Source of the DNA: Eledone cirrhosa
Lineage: Eukaryota
Length of the DNA stretch: 64,000 nt
Reading direction: 5' to 3'
Assembly: GCA_964016885.1 (NCBI GenBank)
Contig: OZ024745.1
Span: forward strand, 127,286,001-127,350,000
Below, piece by piece: positions 47,041-61,689 of the stretch (position 1 is the stretch's first letter; every line of letters begins with the position of its first letter). The notes beneath the pieces were generated by a model. That model saw only the letters and a program-made list of their open reading frames with translations. It ran no database searches and was not told the DNA's origin. A program made the translations under genes and the position numbers.

Positions 47041-49899
47041 ACAAAAAATCATTGATGCATCTGGACTCAATTTATTGTGTGTTACAATTGTTTCGCCGGC
47101 AATATATGTCCATATGTAAGGTGTGCCTTGTATGCATGTGTATTCACTGCTGTGTTGTTTTTTCTTTTGGCTTTGTTTTGGGGGTGGATTTGAAGTTTTT
47201 CTGCAGTGGTTGGTGTTTGAATACATAGACCCACACATTGGGCAGTTTGGACTTTGAGAAATTGTCACTTTAATTAGAACAAATTTCAAACTTTCAAATG
47301 TTTTTATTGTTTTTCTAATTAAAAAAAATTCTTCCCTATATTTTTCATTAAACTAGTTCTTATTAAAGCTTTGGTTTCTCAGAGATTTTAACTGTTTTAA
47401 TTTACTTATACTTATATATTCATTCAAATTTCAAATTTATTTCTCTAAAACTCCTTTGGGATTATGAGAATATATGTAAATATAACTTGGTTCTAAAGAT
47501 TTCCATAGTTGTTGACTGTTAATAAAAACAAAGGAATGATCCAGTGAATTGGAAGCAATGTTGGATCAAAACACACTTGTTTAAAATGGACTGGAGGCAA
47601 ATATATGAGACAACTAATTAAATTTCAAGACTTCTGGCAATAAAATATTTTTTACTGAGTTTTATGTTTTTCTGCTTCTCAAAATTTTTTTGATATTTTA
47701 TATATAGTGAAACGAGAGAGTGATGCCAGTCCATCGCAGGGTTAAAGTGATGGGTCATAATAAGCATCAGCTAATGTATGTAATGGAGGCGTGTGGCCTT
47801 GTGGTAAGTGTGTTGCACTTACGATCATAATGCTGTGGGTTCGATTCCTGGATTGGGTTGTGTTGTGTTCTTGAGCAAAATACTTCATTCATGCTGCTTC
47901 AGTATACTTATACTCAGCTGAAAATCAGTACCAGTAATAGCTGGGGGTTCAAGCCTGCAATGGACTGACATCTTGTCCAGGGAGAAGTTTTGTACTCTCA
48001 GTCACTTCATGCCATGGAAACTGGGATAAGTACCAGCCTGATGAGCTTGAGACAAACTTTAACCCTGCGATGGACTGGCATCATGTCCAGGAGGGAGTTT
48101 TGTACTTTCAGTCGCTTCATGCCATGAAACCAGGAGAAGCACTGGCCTGATGAGCTTTTTAATTCTTTTAATGTATGTAGGCGAGGTATTGACTGTAAGA
48201 TTATTATGCCAAGTGCCTGGTGCAGAGAATGATGTGAAGAAGAAATGGTGATTTTTTTTTTTTTTTAAATTTAAAAAAAAAATTTTTTTTTTTTTTGCTC
48301 TTCTATAGACCAAACAATGCCAGCCTATGAAATAAAGTATGCTAAAATATTGGTGTTTATGAGTGAATTAGTGTGTATAGGTGCAGATATGACTGTGTGG
48401 TTGAGGGGCATCTTGGGCATGTGCTTTCTGCTATAATGCCTGGCTAGCTAATCTTGTAAGTGAATTTGGTAGACAGAAACTGTAAGGAAGCCTGTTATAT
48501 ATGAATATCTGGTTGTATGTAGCCAGTCACCACAAACGTCATTAATATTATATGAAAAGGGAGTATCGGTAGAGGATCGGACGCCATGCTTTGTAGCATA
48601 GAGTTACGGCCCTTGCCATTCTGAGTTCAAATACCGCCGAGGTTAACTTTGCCTTTCATCCTTACGGGGTCGATAAAATAAAGTACCAGTAATACGCTAG
48701 GATAATTGCTTGCCTTGTGCCAAAAGTAGAAACAATTGATATATGAAAATCAATAGTGACAATTGCTTATGTCTCCCATAAACAATGCACCTTGAAGCTT
48801 AGCAATTCAATGAAAATCAACAATTTATATATGTGTAGCGAGATAGATGGTTGTGTTGGTAGTTGATTGTGTCGTGGTGTTGATTCGTTTGTTGCGCGTG
48901 TGCTGACTTGTAGATTGCTGTGTGGTGTGGTCACTGTTGTGTGACCAGTGATTGCATGTGAGCCGTTAAGTGAGTGTTCAATAAGATGATGATGATATGA
49001 TAGTTCCTTGTTCACGCAGAAAATGAAAATATAAAAATGAACCATGATGACAGCAAACTGCAATATTATTAATTTATTGAAAATAGCTCACACCGAAGCT
49101 ATACGAACTACACAAGAATTATGGACGTTATTTGTTTGTTTATAAAAGTAGAATTAAATTGTATTTACCAAGAAAACTTTGTGAACTTCACTAGCTTGGT
49201 CTAGAGAGTGAGTGAAAGAGAGAAAGAGAGAGTCAGAGTAAGTAAGACCCACAGGGTCTGTATAAAGCAATAGTTTACATGTTTACTCTATGAAGAATTG
49301 CTCTGAACTGCCTTGAGAACCAATATTTGCTTTCACCTTAAAATGGCCTGCTACTTCAGAGAACTGACACCAAAGGAGATAACAAAAACCACAACCATCT
49401 CGAAACTGCTCACTTTGACCAGAATAAAGCAGACTGGAACTGTTACCTAGAAAATGACAGTTAAATGTCACTTGGGGGTCAGTGTGTGTTTAGGTTTCGC
49501 AACATATATACCATACTTACAATGTGGTATGGACTGGGATCTGGAATGCATCTTGACTAGAAAATATGCCTCAAAAGTATTGTTCAAACTAAGTAACTAA
49601 CTGTAGTTGCTGTTATTTTCTTATAAATTTATTTCCTCTGCACTTAGGAAGATGTTGTCAGAGGACCCTTAGCAGCTATCTGAGAAGGGTTTTTACCCGA
49701 ATTTTAATATCAACTGACTGTAATTGCAGTTATTTTCTGCGCTTGAGCATCTTTTTATAAATTTTTTTCTTCAACGCTTTGTAAGTTCGAAAATTCGAGC
49801 TTCACACTCGATGTTTGTTTATAAAAAATAGATACATCAATATTTGGATGTCACGAGAAGGTCGGTGTTTTTATTAAAAAAAGAAGGTAAATTTAGAGA

Positions 49900-50330
49900 A
49901 GAACGTTCCACTCGATTTCAATGGGAAAAAGTTTTTTCCCCAGGAAAATGGAAAACCTAAAACTAACCTTACCCTTAACACTAATCTGGAGAAAGGGTCG
50001 ATTGCAAGCATCTAAGAAGTTCAGAAAAAATCAAGGAAAGATAATTATATCTCACCAAACGCGAGGTGTGTAGATCTGAGAAATTCCGATGGTTTTTATG
50101 TCACCTTTCACCCCGCTTTTTACCTCAAATCTAGTCGTTTCCAACTGGTTTGGAGGTCATATTCGTTGATAACACGTGAAAAAAAAAAGGTCGCATGGAA
50201 AACTCTGAGGAGGAGGTGTTATCCGGGTGGGAGTGTGGGACTTACCCTACCCCCTCCCTTCTCTTGAAAAATAACGAAAAATAAAGGGTTGGGGACAATT
50301 TTCCCCCACTGAAATTGAGTGGGGTGTTCT
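49900..50330. mobile_element. MITE-like element with ~40-bp imperfect TIRs
   Basis: AGAACGTTCCACTCGATTTCAATGGG.. / ..CCCACTGAAATTGAGTGGGGTGTTCT; TSD unclear. Confidence 0.55.
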
Positions 50331-50369
50331 ATAATAGTTCCAAATACAAATTGACTATACTCTACACCT

Positions 50370-50682
50370 ATTCTTGTGGCTACCAACACAGATTCTGCTA
50401 AAAGTCAAGCGGAAGAGGGCAAACTGTCCAAGTATTGGCTGTTCTCTGACAAGTTTATGGTAGAGCCTGTAGCAGTGGAGACTTCCAATGTCCTTGGCCC
50501 CCGGATCACATCCCTGCTCATTGCTATTGGAGCAGAGTTGGTCGCCCGCAGGTGCGAGCCCCGTGAGGTGGAGTGGCTGTTCCAGCACGTCTCCCTCACC
50601 GTCCTCCCAGACAAGGTATTCTCCATCCTGTCGACCGGGACTCAGATTTAGTTGGAGGTGGAGAATACTCGTTCAGACGTCA
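50370..50682 (+). mobile_element. CRE/NeSL-type non-LTR 3' fragment
   Basis: AEEGKLSKYWLFSDKFMVEPVAVETSNVLGP..PREVEWLFQHVS; homologous to 9920-10470. Confidence 0.6.
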
Positions 50683-50901
50683 CTTTCTCTCTATTTCTTT
50701 AAAATTATAGCTATGATTTGTCATTCACTTATTATATTTACACCATACTCATTCTAATGCAATTTGAAAAACAAAAGTAATAAAATCCGTAAGCACTTGA
50801 AAAAATAACCGAAATATGGACAAACGAGATGAGATAATTATAAAACATCAAAAGTAAAAATCTTGAAAACAGGGGAAATAACTCAGCCATATTCAAAGTT
50901 A

Positions 50902-50910
50902 AAGATGGCC
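50902..50910 (+). promoter_or_regulatory. YY1/TISU-like motif overlapping the MRPL54 start codon
   Basis: AAGATGGCC matches the YY1 core AAnATGGC. Confidence 0.4.
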
Positions 50911-51169
50911 GTCTCCTTGCAGCGGTTCACGCTGAGCTGTTTGATATTTCGCTCAAAAGTTGCTTTACCTGACTCTTCCATTAGTTATGCATGCATCAGA
51001 CATGCTAAAAAAATAGCTGGAGGTAAGTGAACGTATATTTATTGTTATTGACATTTTGTTATTCATCAGAGAAAGTAAAAGATGTCGATATTCTTAATTT
51101 TTTCAGTCTCTTGTATCTCTAAGACAGTTTCTAATTCTTCATTAGATTAATGTAAGCTGAACAGAGCTT

Positions 51170-51210
<41 letters not shown>

Positions 51211-54137
51211 TTGAAGTTTAACATACTATATAAGCACACGATTATATTTATTTAATAGTTAATTTTAGGGGCTAAAATATATTTAAAAGACGAATTCTTT
51301 CGTGTCACCTTTGTTATGGCTAAATCTTACCATACATTCACATATGAAACGGGAATATATTGTTATATTAAAAGTCATGCAAGGACGGTTATTTGTGTTA
51401 TTTTTTTATTTGAATGGAATCCCAGAAAGACGAAATAAAATAAAAAACAATCCTCACTCGTATCACTTTCTTTACGTTAAGGTTAACACTGTTTCCAGGT
51501 CAAAAATCCCGACGCTATTAAAAGGTTGAAGAAGCGATCAATAGTAAGTTTGAATAGGTAGTAAGAAACAGGTCTCCATTTTCTTGTTGAAAACTAATTC
51601 TTATATATAAAGGGTAAGGGTAAAGACCCACTTCTGTTACGATTGACCATGGTATTTGTACATAGAAAGTACCCCTCCGAGGCGCAAGTCCCGGTAAGGT
51701 GATTTTGTGGCAGACCAGCAGTCGCCCATGTTTACTAGCCTCCCCCTCTCTACGCCACCGATGTTGTCCAAGAGAAAGGCAATGGTCGACACACCTGAGT
51801 GACTGGAACAACGTGAAATAAAGTATCTTGTTCAAGGATACAACGCACCGGGACTCAAACTCACAACCTCACGATTGCAAGTCCTAATTCTTATATATAT
51901 CATATATATATCATATATATATATATATAATATATATATACGTTATTCCGGGTTGAATCGGAGGTAACCACAGTAAGTAAGGTACTCAATACATTGCAGA
52001 GTATAAAAGTTTTAATATAGATGAGATTCTACAGGACTAGAACTGTTTCATTCTTTAGAAATCATCATGAAAGAGAGAGTAATCTTACCGAATATATACA
52101 TAGGAAAATGCTGTATTTTGGATATTGTTTCTATCACTGGTAAACAAACAAAATAAACAAATACATTTTATTCTGAACTATAACAAAGTTATGAGGATTA
52201 TGCACACATACATATATGCCAGAGAGGATTCAAGATCCCAAGGTCTCTTAATTCCTGTATGGAGTCGTAGGGGGATCATCTTAGCCATTTAAACATAATT
52301 GTTTCTACTTTTGGCACAAGGCCAGCAATTACCCAGTGCATTACTGCTACTTTATTTTATAGACCTCGTAAGGATGAAAGGCAAAGTTAACCTTGGCGGG
52401 ATTTGAACTCAGATCATAAAGGTGCGTAACTCTGTGCTGCAAAGCATAGCGTCCGACCCTCTACCGATACTGCAAATCCAATGTAACCCATTCCTCGCCA
52501 GGTCAGAACACGGGCAATATTTTTCAAAAGAAAGTTATATGAAGGAAGAATTGATTCCATTATTCGACTGGTACTCTATATTTATCGATCTCAAAAGGAT
52601 GAAAGGCAAAATTGACTTCATTTGGATTTGAACATGGAGTGCAGAGAACTAGAACAAATGCCTATGTTCTAACAACTCTGCCAACCCACAATCTATGAGA
52701 TGCATAATATGCTCCTATTCCATCCTTTGTCCATTTCTACTGCAGTATCCACTGCACCTAAACTGTAACAAAGCTACGTCTGTGGATCTCTCTCTCTCAC
52801 ACACGCACACACACGCACATATATAGTGGCAGCTTATTGTAACAAGTTGATAGTAACCTACATAACCTAATTCTTTTAGTTTTTCAGTAACTATCTCTAA
52901 TACATCTACAGTTTCCCCTATTTCATTTAATTTCTGTACTAACCCTAACCCTGCCTATACCAATCTCTATTGCTAGTCTTATTGTTGTTCCAAACACCAC
53001 CTTAATAAAGAGAACATGTGTTATATTACTCAAAATTCTTGATTATCTTAGAAATTATTTGAAGATCATAGGCAGTGTCTTTCATTAGAAATATAGTAAT
53101 AAAAGGGTTAACTGCTCATGAAATCGTTCAACCTCAGCAAAATAGTTAATTATCATCATCATCATTTTATGTCCACCCTTCCATGTCAACTTTGGTTGAG
53201 CTAGATGTTTTGAAACAATGTTTTACAGCTGGATGCTTTTCTTGAAGCCAACCTTTTTAGTTGCCTCTTACGGCATGTAGGGATACAGTGTAGCTATTCC
53301 AAAAATTGTGATACACCCGGCATAAAAAATATTAACTCTTTAGCATTCACATTACTCTATATTTACTATTATATTTTTATGGTAAAGGCTTTATCTTGCA
53401 TAATTATCTCACATAATATCGAATCTATGAGATTTTGAAAGTATTTATTTTGAGAACAATACCTTAACATCAGTATGATTGGCCAGTTACAGCCAGTTTC
53501 AACAGAAAGAAATAGAGAATTCTGGCCGGATTTGGCCGGTTTGAACATTAAAGGGTTAATAAACGAAAAGTAGAAAAAGAAATATTTTATCTAATCAATA
53601 CAAATTTATAAAATAGAGAGATGGTGAGAGAGATGGAGGCGATGGCAATGGGAGTTTGGCTCCTCTGTGTTTGGACCTGGTCTACATGTGTATTCTATTC
53701 ATTCAATATTATTTGATGTTAACATTATAAAAAGAATTATAGTGGTATCATTTTATGGGTGCTGGGGAACTGGTTGTTAATCTTAGGGTCACTAATTTAA
53801 CAAATAAGAAGTGATTTGATATTAGTTTCTAATGATTTCAGTAGTATTTTAAAATTTCATTTTCCTTTGTCTTTCCTCCACAGTTAAAATGTCTGCACAG
53901 CCAGTCAAAAAAGAAAAGATTCCGGTTGAAACTGATGTTCACAAGATTGTAAACTATGTTTGTGGTGCCAATATTGTTGAAGGTAGTGAGATGATTCCAA
54001 TCAAAGCAGATAATGAATATCCAGATTGGTTGTGGCAGCTAAATACTGGTCCACCTGCTGCATTAGATGACCTAGATCCCGCTGATAGTAAATATTGGCG
54101 AAGGCTTCGAAAAATGTCATTTCGAAGTTCTGAATGA
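50905..54137 (+). CDS. MRPL54: Mitochondrial ribosomal protein L54 (mL54), 2 exons 50905-51022 and 53884-54137, 123 aa
   Basis: Exon 1 MAVSLQRFTLS..IRHAKKIAG is presequence-like and ends G|gtaagt. Exon 2 follows ccacag| and encodes GANI..G..IPIKADNEYPDWLWQLNTGPP..LDDLDP..KYWRRLRK, the conserved mL54 core. Phase 1 matches. Confidence 0.92.
51942..52070 (-). mobile_element. Penelope-like terminal fragment with a truncated hammerhead relic
   Basis: Minus strand: TGATGA-TTTCT AA AGAAT-GAAA-CAG..GTC, then tail ACTCTGCAATGTATTGAGTAC, then (TA)n. Confidence 0.45.
53336..53555 (+). mobile_element. piggyBac-like MITE family A in the MRPL54 intron
   Basis: TTAA flanks and TIRs. Confidence 0.8.
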
Positions 54138-54282
54138 TATGAACATTTTATGGACATTTTATCACCTTATTTGTTGAGTTTCATTTTGTAAAATAATATC
54201 TTTGCATTTTTATATTTTTAGTTCTTTGAAATATTTAACAAAAAAAACAAAACATTTTCCTGTCTTGATAAATTTAGCAAAA

Positions 54283-54288
54283 AATAAA
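54283..54288 (+). terminator. Probable MRPL54 polyadenylation signal
   Basis: AATAAA ~145 nt after the stop, with downstream T/GT-rich sequence. Confidence 0.5.
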
Positions 54289-54639
54289 TTTATTCATTCA
54301 CTTCAATTCTGTATTCTGTAGTTTTCTTTCTTTTTATCAGTTTTTGTATAAGACACAAAATGTTTAGATAAATCATCTGATCTCGAATAACGCCCTCCCA
54401 CCCTTAAACCAGCTTATTAAATTTTGCTAATCTATCTCTGGCAAAATTTCATTTTAAGTGGTAACATTCCTGCGAGAATTAATTTTCTTTAGTCATTAAA
54501 AACATACATGTTAAAAAATAATGTACATTATTAGAAATCCCATACAAATAGGATGGGTTGGGGTCTCAATATGTATAGTAAACAACTAATTCTGTCTTTT
54601 TAAAAATTGGAAGAGACTATTTTGAAGCAGTTAACTCTT

Positions 54640-55205
54640 TCTGTATCTCTATATGTGAATGAAATTCCACTGAAGCAGGTGAAGTTCAAGTATCTTGCGG
54701 CTGTGTTCATGAGTGATGGAAGGCAGGAGGTTGAATTAAGTGCAAGAATTGCAGGAGCTGGTGCAGTAATGCATCAGCATTAGGTAATCAGAAGGGAGGT
54801 AGGTGTAAAAGCTATCTTCAATTTGGTATTTGTGTCAACCCTTACCTGTGGTCATGAATCTTGGGTAATGGCCGAAAGCGACTGAAATACGGTTCGTCTG
54901 AAGGGTCTTTGGAGTAACGTTACTTGATAGAATGCGTAACTCAGAGATCAAACAGTCGCTCCAGGTAGAGCTTCTACTTCTTTGAATTAAGAAAACACAG
55001 CTGTGATACTGTGGGCATGTGATTAGAATGTCTCAGGAAAGAATCGCTGCACAGATTTTATGGGCAAAACCAACCGGCAGGAGACCCAGGGGTAGACCCT
55101 GAGTCATATAGTTGGATAAAATCCATGAGCTTGGCTGGTCTTGTTTGGGGATCCAGCCGGATCAGTTGGAGATGGTTGCTTATGACAGGACCTGCTGGAA
55201 GGAGT
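54640..55205 (+). mobile_element. RTE (Rex3-like) LINE 3' fragment
   Basis: Homologous to 16560-17160 (QVKFKYL..TLTCGHESWVM). Confidence 0.75.
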
Positions 55206-55419
55206 GATGTTTATCACTTAACGTTGAAAATCTTAAAATCTGTAAATGCTAATCAAAATACTATTACCGCCCTTGAATTAAAAACAAAATACCCCTCCTT
55301 CTGCCATTTTTATAAGGGAGATAACCAAGCTTAAATGATCTCGTTCATTTGTGGAGTTGTTTTTCTTATACGTATAATTGTTTCTACTTTTGAAATAATT
55401 GTTTCTACTTAAACATATA

Positions 55420-56010
55420 ATAAACCTTTATTTGTCAACATATCTGACACCATAATTTTACAAATAAAAAGAGAAAAAAGAAAGGAACCCCCCCCCCCAA
55501 AAAAAAAAAACACACACATACAGGCAGGTAATACACACATCCAGGATCACATACAACAAAAGGTGGACTAACGAACCGCTACCAGAACAAAAGATAACGA
55601 TATCGCGAGGAGCACTGGGAAACCTCTCTAATAATATTTAAAGCAAGCCAACACACTCGCAATGTTACCTCGAGTGATGGCGAGGCTGATGCGTTGGAAC
55701 AGCCAAGCGCCTTGACGAGCATCACCAGTTACCTGGGTTAGGCGAGCCGCCAGTGAAGACGTTTGTGAGAGTTTGGCCGCTAAACTCTCACAAACGTCTC
55801 GAATACCACAGATTTGAAAATGTAGTTAGCCGACAGACCAGGGTATTTTAGGATTTTGTTCTAACCGGAGCATCCAGGATGTGGGAAGAAGCAAAAAGTC
55901 TCTAACTGTGACGTACCAGATAAGACACCTACCTCTTATCCAGGAACACAGGGTAAGACCGCTAAGCCTTTTCTCATCAATTCTGGACAACCCAGACGGT
56001 TCCAAAATGG
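55420..56010 (-). mobile_element. CRE/NeSL-type non-LTR element 3' end (restriction-like endonuclease, decayed)
   Basis: LEPSGLSRIDEKRLSGLTLCSWIRGRCLIWYVTV..KY..FET..VTGDARQGAWLFQRISLAITRGNIASVL fits the RxDGKRPDG..PW..WD.T..QR.S.A..RGN pattern. Confidence 0.7.
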
Positions 56011-57039
56011 GGGAGGGGGGGATGTTTTTCCGGGCCAGGTAGGGTATATTCCAGATTTTCCCAAACTAGGCGATTTCAACTGTTCTGTGGGCGATGAGTA
56101 ACTGAACAGAAAATGGTTGGCGATTGGAAATTTTGGTGGGCGATGTAGAATTTTGAGTATTAAGAAGGTATTTCAATATGTTGCCCGAAAAAAAATATTC
56201 AAAGGAGCTTTGCAAAGAACCCATATAAAAAAAGATATTCAAAGGAGCTTTGCAAAGAACCCGTATAAAAAAAAACAATAACATAAAACAGGGTGTTAAA
56301 TGGAAATAATTAAGTCACATTTCTATATAAGATATAAACATCCACGCAAACAAGGAAAATTTTGGTATATTCTACAGTTTTGAGAAGGGTCATTAACATC
56401 CAAATAGTTCTTCGGACTAAATAGTATTGTTTATTCAGATATAAATCAGATAAAGGAAGACCAAGAACAACATTTCGAGTAAAATTAAAAAGTGACCCCA
56501 GGATAAACTCGCCAACGATGCCAGTACCGAGAGATTACACATAACACTGACATAGGTGATGGTCTGTAAGAACTCTGACGACATGTAGACCAAGAGGTGC
56601 AGACGACAATGCCAGACAAAATATGAGAATCCCAAGATGAGAGCTCCTCAATGCGCATGCTCATAGAAACAGACAGCCAAGTGTTTTTAACTCTCTTGTG
56701 TTCTCATATTTGTGGATTATTGAAAATGGACTTTATAGGTCTGATTTAAATCGGGATCTATAAAAGAAAGTTCTATCCATTCTATAAAATGTCCGTCCAT
56801 TAAAATTCATCACAAAATTTACCAGGTCTTTAAAGCTCACTAATTTTCCTATAATTTTTGGGCTATTTATTACTTTGAAACTTACTTCATTTGCTTCAAT
56901 AGAAATCCAATTGGATTTGTCATCCACCCAACAACAACAATAAGTAAACCTCCGAATTATAAGTTGTGCAACATTTTAATCTAAAGAAAAACAAATGAAT
57001 TGAAAAGTTAGATGGAAATTTATTGAAAATTCTTATCTC

Positions 57040-57164
<125 letters not shown>

Positions 57165-58867
57165 GACATAGCCCCACGTTTCCATCTCTCTTAACTTTTG
57201 AAAATCAGGAAAATTAATATAAATACTAAACCAATATTGCAAATACCAAAACAACACAAACAGAAGGTAGTAAATCCGTTTAAAAAACCCCCAAAAAACC
57301 AAAAAACAACAAGGGATTGACACTTCAAATTCCCCTTATTCTCCTTTTACTTTACTTCACTTTTCAAATTAAATGATACGACGGTTCAGTTATATTCAAA
57401 TATTGTAAGGGCGTCCATTGAGAATATCGTTAAGATGTGTGCGAAAATGTAAACAGAAACTTATAGACAGAACTGAGCAAAATCTGCAACCTAAAGACAA
57501 AACCTCCTCTTTAAAACCGGGAGAGAGTTCAGTCCCGAATAATTGTCAACGTGTTACAAAGCTCAAGTGAAACTCGCAATGAAATACCCCCCCCCCCCCC
57601 ATGTTTTTAGTGAAATAACTTTCAACTTAACAAAATGCAAATATTTAACTACTGAAATCTAATAATCTAATAATAGATTGTATGAGACATCTAATAATTC
57701 TTTCAAGCATTGGTACAAGACCAGCAATTTGGGGAAAGGTAAGCCAATATTATGGACCACAGTATTTAACTAGTACTTTATTTTATCAACCCTAGAGAGA
57801 TTGAAGGCAAAGTTGCGCACAGTCGGATTTGAACTCAGGACATAGAAAGCATTTTATCCTATGTTTTACTGATTCTACCAATCCAGTGCCTTTAATTGAC
57901 TCTACTCCTCAGAGGTGGTTAGTTACATACTACCTTTAACCAAGCCATTCTCCGATCATAAAATCCTACTTTCGTCATGCATTCTGTGTCTCTCCTACGT
58001 CTACAACAGAGGTTCTCAATCTTTTTAGGCCACTGTCCACTTCATGACCCCGTAATACCCTCAGCGTTCCCCCAACCCTATTTCCAGAGAGACATGCCAA
58101 CATGCAAATTGTAAATAATATATAATAAATAAAATCGTTAATTTATAAATAATAAATAATATAATATATACTATGTATAAATAAATAAATATTATATAGA
58201 ATAGAATTGGAATTTAGCTTCGAACATAGCTGTATACAGATATGTATTTGAATTTCGTATTTCTATAGAAATACGGTATGTTTATAAATAAACATTTAGA
58301 CAGCTATAGCTATGAAGAACACACTGGCAGCTAACGCCACCAGGCGGTGCCCAGCAGAAGCAAGTGGGGACAATCGTCGATGCATTTTGAACTCGACGAT
58401 CTCTCCCGAAATTCAAATAAATATTATATATTTTTTAAATTTTATTATATTTATATATAATATGTATTATTTGATATTTAATACACTATTATATCATCTC
58501 TACCTCCTACTAACATCCTTGGGACCCAGCGCCTCCTGGACCTTTTCAACAACGACCCGAGGGCGATAGTGCCCATTTTGAGAACCTCTCGTCTACAATA
58601 ACCACTTAACGCAGTCTTTTCCCCACTCCCAGAACGTAAATTCGTTGCTCTACCCTTCTCAATCACAATTTCTACCACAAATGTAATTTAGCCACTTTTC
58701 AAGTTAATCACCATGGTATCAATCTCAGAGCTCCTGTAACAACCATGGATACAGTCCCACAATCTTGACCGAATACACCACCAAAATAATTTATGCATAC
58801 AGGCGTAAAATCAAAATATTTTATGTAAATGATCAGGTAAATTATACAAATCTAATAAACACACATA

Positions 58868-59281
58868 CTCTTGGGTCTGTAACAATGCCCCTCCCCCTCA
58901 CAGCTTAATAATGTTTCAGATTTTCTCAGACCCCCTCCCTCTCCCGGCCTGCTCTTATCCTCCCACACCCACTTATTAAATTTTGCTAATCTATCTCCGG
59001 CGAAATTTTATTTTAAGTAGTAACATTCCTGCAACAATTATTTTTCTTTAGACATTTAAAAACTTTTATACAAGACAAAAAGTACATTACTAAACATTCC
59101 ACATGTTATAAAATAAATAGGGTAGGTTGGGGTCTCAATATGTAAACTAGCAACTAATTCTGGTTTATAAAAAAAATAAAAAGGGAACAACGTAAAAAAA
59201 TTACCGATTTTCCAATCCCGCCGCTTATCCCACCCCCTCCCTAATTTATTCTACCAACCTCTATTATTTGGGAGACGAGAG
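58868..59281 (+). mobile_element. Tc1/mariner-like MITE family B
   Basis: Similar to 8796-9162. Confidence 0.7.
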
Positions 59282-59512
59282 AACATATTTTTAGTTTGTA
59301 TAAAAAAAAAAAATAGCCGAAGGGAAATAATTCAGGTTGAACACTTTCCAAGGGAAATAACAAAGCATCAAAACATTTTGAGTTAATTCCCCGGAAATAA
59401 ATAATCGCCGAAGATATTTACGATTTCGCGAATATGCAGTGGTTTCCACTAACAATTATTAGTTAGGTTCTAAGGAAGATTCCGCGAACAATCGGGACCG
59501 ATACTGCGTATA

Positions 59513-59598
<86 letters not shown>

Positions 59599-59825
59599 AA
59601 ACATATATTTTGATTATGTGAATGTCTTCATTTATTAATATTTTGAATAATATATATATATATATATATATACACTTAACACTTAACATTTAATATTCTA
59701 CCATACTATTTCATTCTAATACCATTATAAATTTTAAAGGATTGTAAATAAAACGAGTAAATCAGACAAAGTTGGAATTCCTTTTATTAATATAATCTTC
59801 TATACACAATCATACACACCCGTGT

Positions 59826-60441
<616 letters not shown>

Positions 60442-60859
60442 GTGAAAATTCGCCTAACTATTGCTGAAAAACAAACGGATTTCCATGATTACCATTACTG
60501 GCAAACCGTCACAATTTATCACCAGTGGTTTAAAGGTTATTTGGAAACAATTGACAGCACTACAACTATAAACAAAACCTGACTGCTATTTTCTGAAATC
60601 TTTTACAAAAATTCAGGCATTTAACATACAAACATTGGTAAATACACTTTACGTTTCTCACTTCACAGTGACAGCATTTTCGTCGCCCTCTTAGCAACAT
60701 AATCAGTGACATAATTCCATTGTAACTGTAACTGCTTTTATCAATAAATGATAAATGTGAAATGAATTTAACAGCTTTTGTGTGTATTTTGAAATGTTAA
60801 AATGACAAATCACAAATGCACGTAAATTGGGTAAAACCAAACAAACATTGGTGTGCTCT

Positions 60860-61241
60860 AAATCACACACACACACATCGACACACACACACACACCCAC
60901 ACACACACACACAGACACACACACACACACACAGACACACACACATACCCACACACACACAGACACACACACACACACATACACACACAGACACACACAC
61001 ATACCCACACACACACAGACACACACACAGACACACACACACACACACACATAGACACACACACAGACACACACACAGACACACACACAGACACACACAG
61101 ACACACACACAGACACACACAGACACACACACACACAGACACACACACAGACACCCCCCCGCAGACACACACAGACACACACACACACACACACACAGAC
61201 ACACACAGACACACATAGACACACACACAGACACACACACA

Positions 61242-61314
<73 letters not shown>

Positions 61315-61350
61315 ACACAAACACACACACCCACACCCACACACACGCCA
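60860..61350. repeat. (CA)n/(CAGA) compound microsatellite
   Basis: Direct inspection. Confidence 0.95.
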
Positions 61351-61689
61351 ACAAATTAACGTGAAGGTGGCAGCCTTAACGTAATTCAGCGAGATTTAGC
61401 GTGACAGTTTAGTTTGTGACGTGGTTGGCTTTTGGTATTACTATAACTATTAAAATAATGGTTTCTTATATAGGCACAAGGCCAGCAATTATGGCGCCGA
61501 CCCTCTACCAATACTGCCAACCCACAGAAATAATGTTTCTTTTTCTTTCCTGCAGTAGTTGGAGCGAAAGTGAGGGAGAACGAAGTCATAAAAGGTACGG
61601 CAAAGCATTCATCATTTCATGCACGGTAAGGTTGGGAAAAGGCAGACATATGGAGCATGTCGGTTTAGATCTGAGGCCGTTGTGCCACT

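Noticed and set aside
43956-47289. ORFs of 600-1090 aa on both strands
   Set aside because: Translations of (TA)n/(TATG)n microsatellite, which lacks stop codons; no domain content
47785-47860. tRNA-like sequence with A and B boxes (also ~30275, 20290, 6770)
   Set aside because: Heads of tRNA-derived SINEs that continue into a CORE-like body; no clean cloverleaf or terminator
48035-48060. CTGATGAG motif suggesting a hammerhead (also 48147, 33019, 28472, 3282)
   Set aside because: No GAAA, stem I or NUH in the right geometry; part of SINE/MITE ends or chance
56652-56663. NRF1-like motif TGCGCATGCTCA
   Set aside because: A single imperfect match with no associated gene start that I can support
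60703-61364. Cys/Val- and His/Thr-rich ORFs
   Set aside because: (CA)n microsatellite translations
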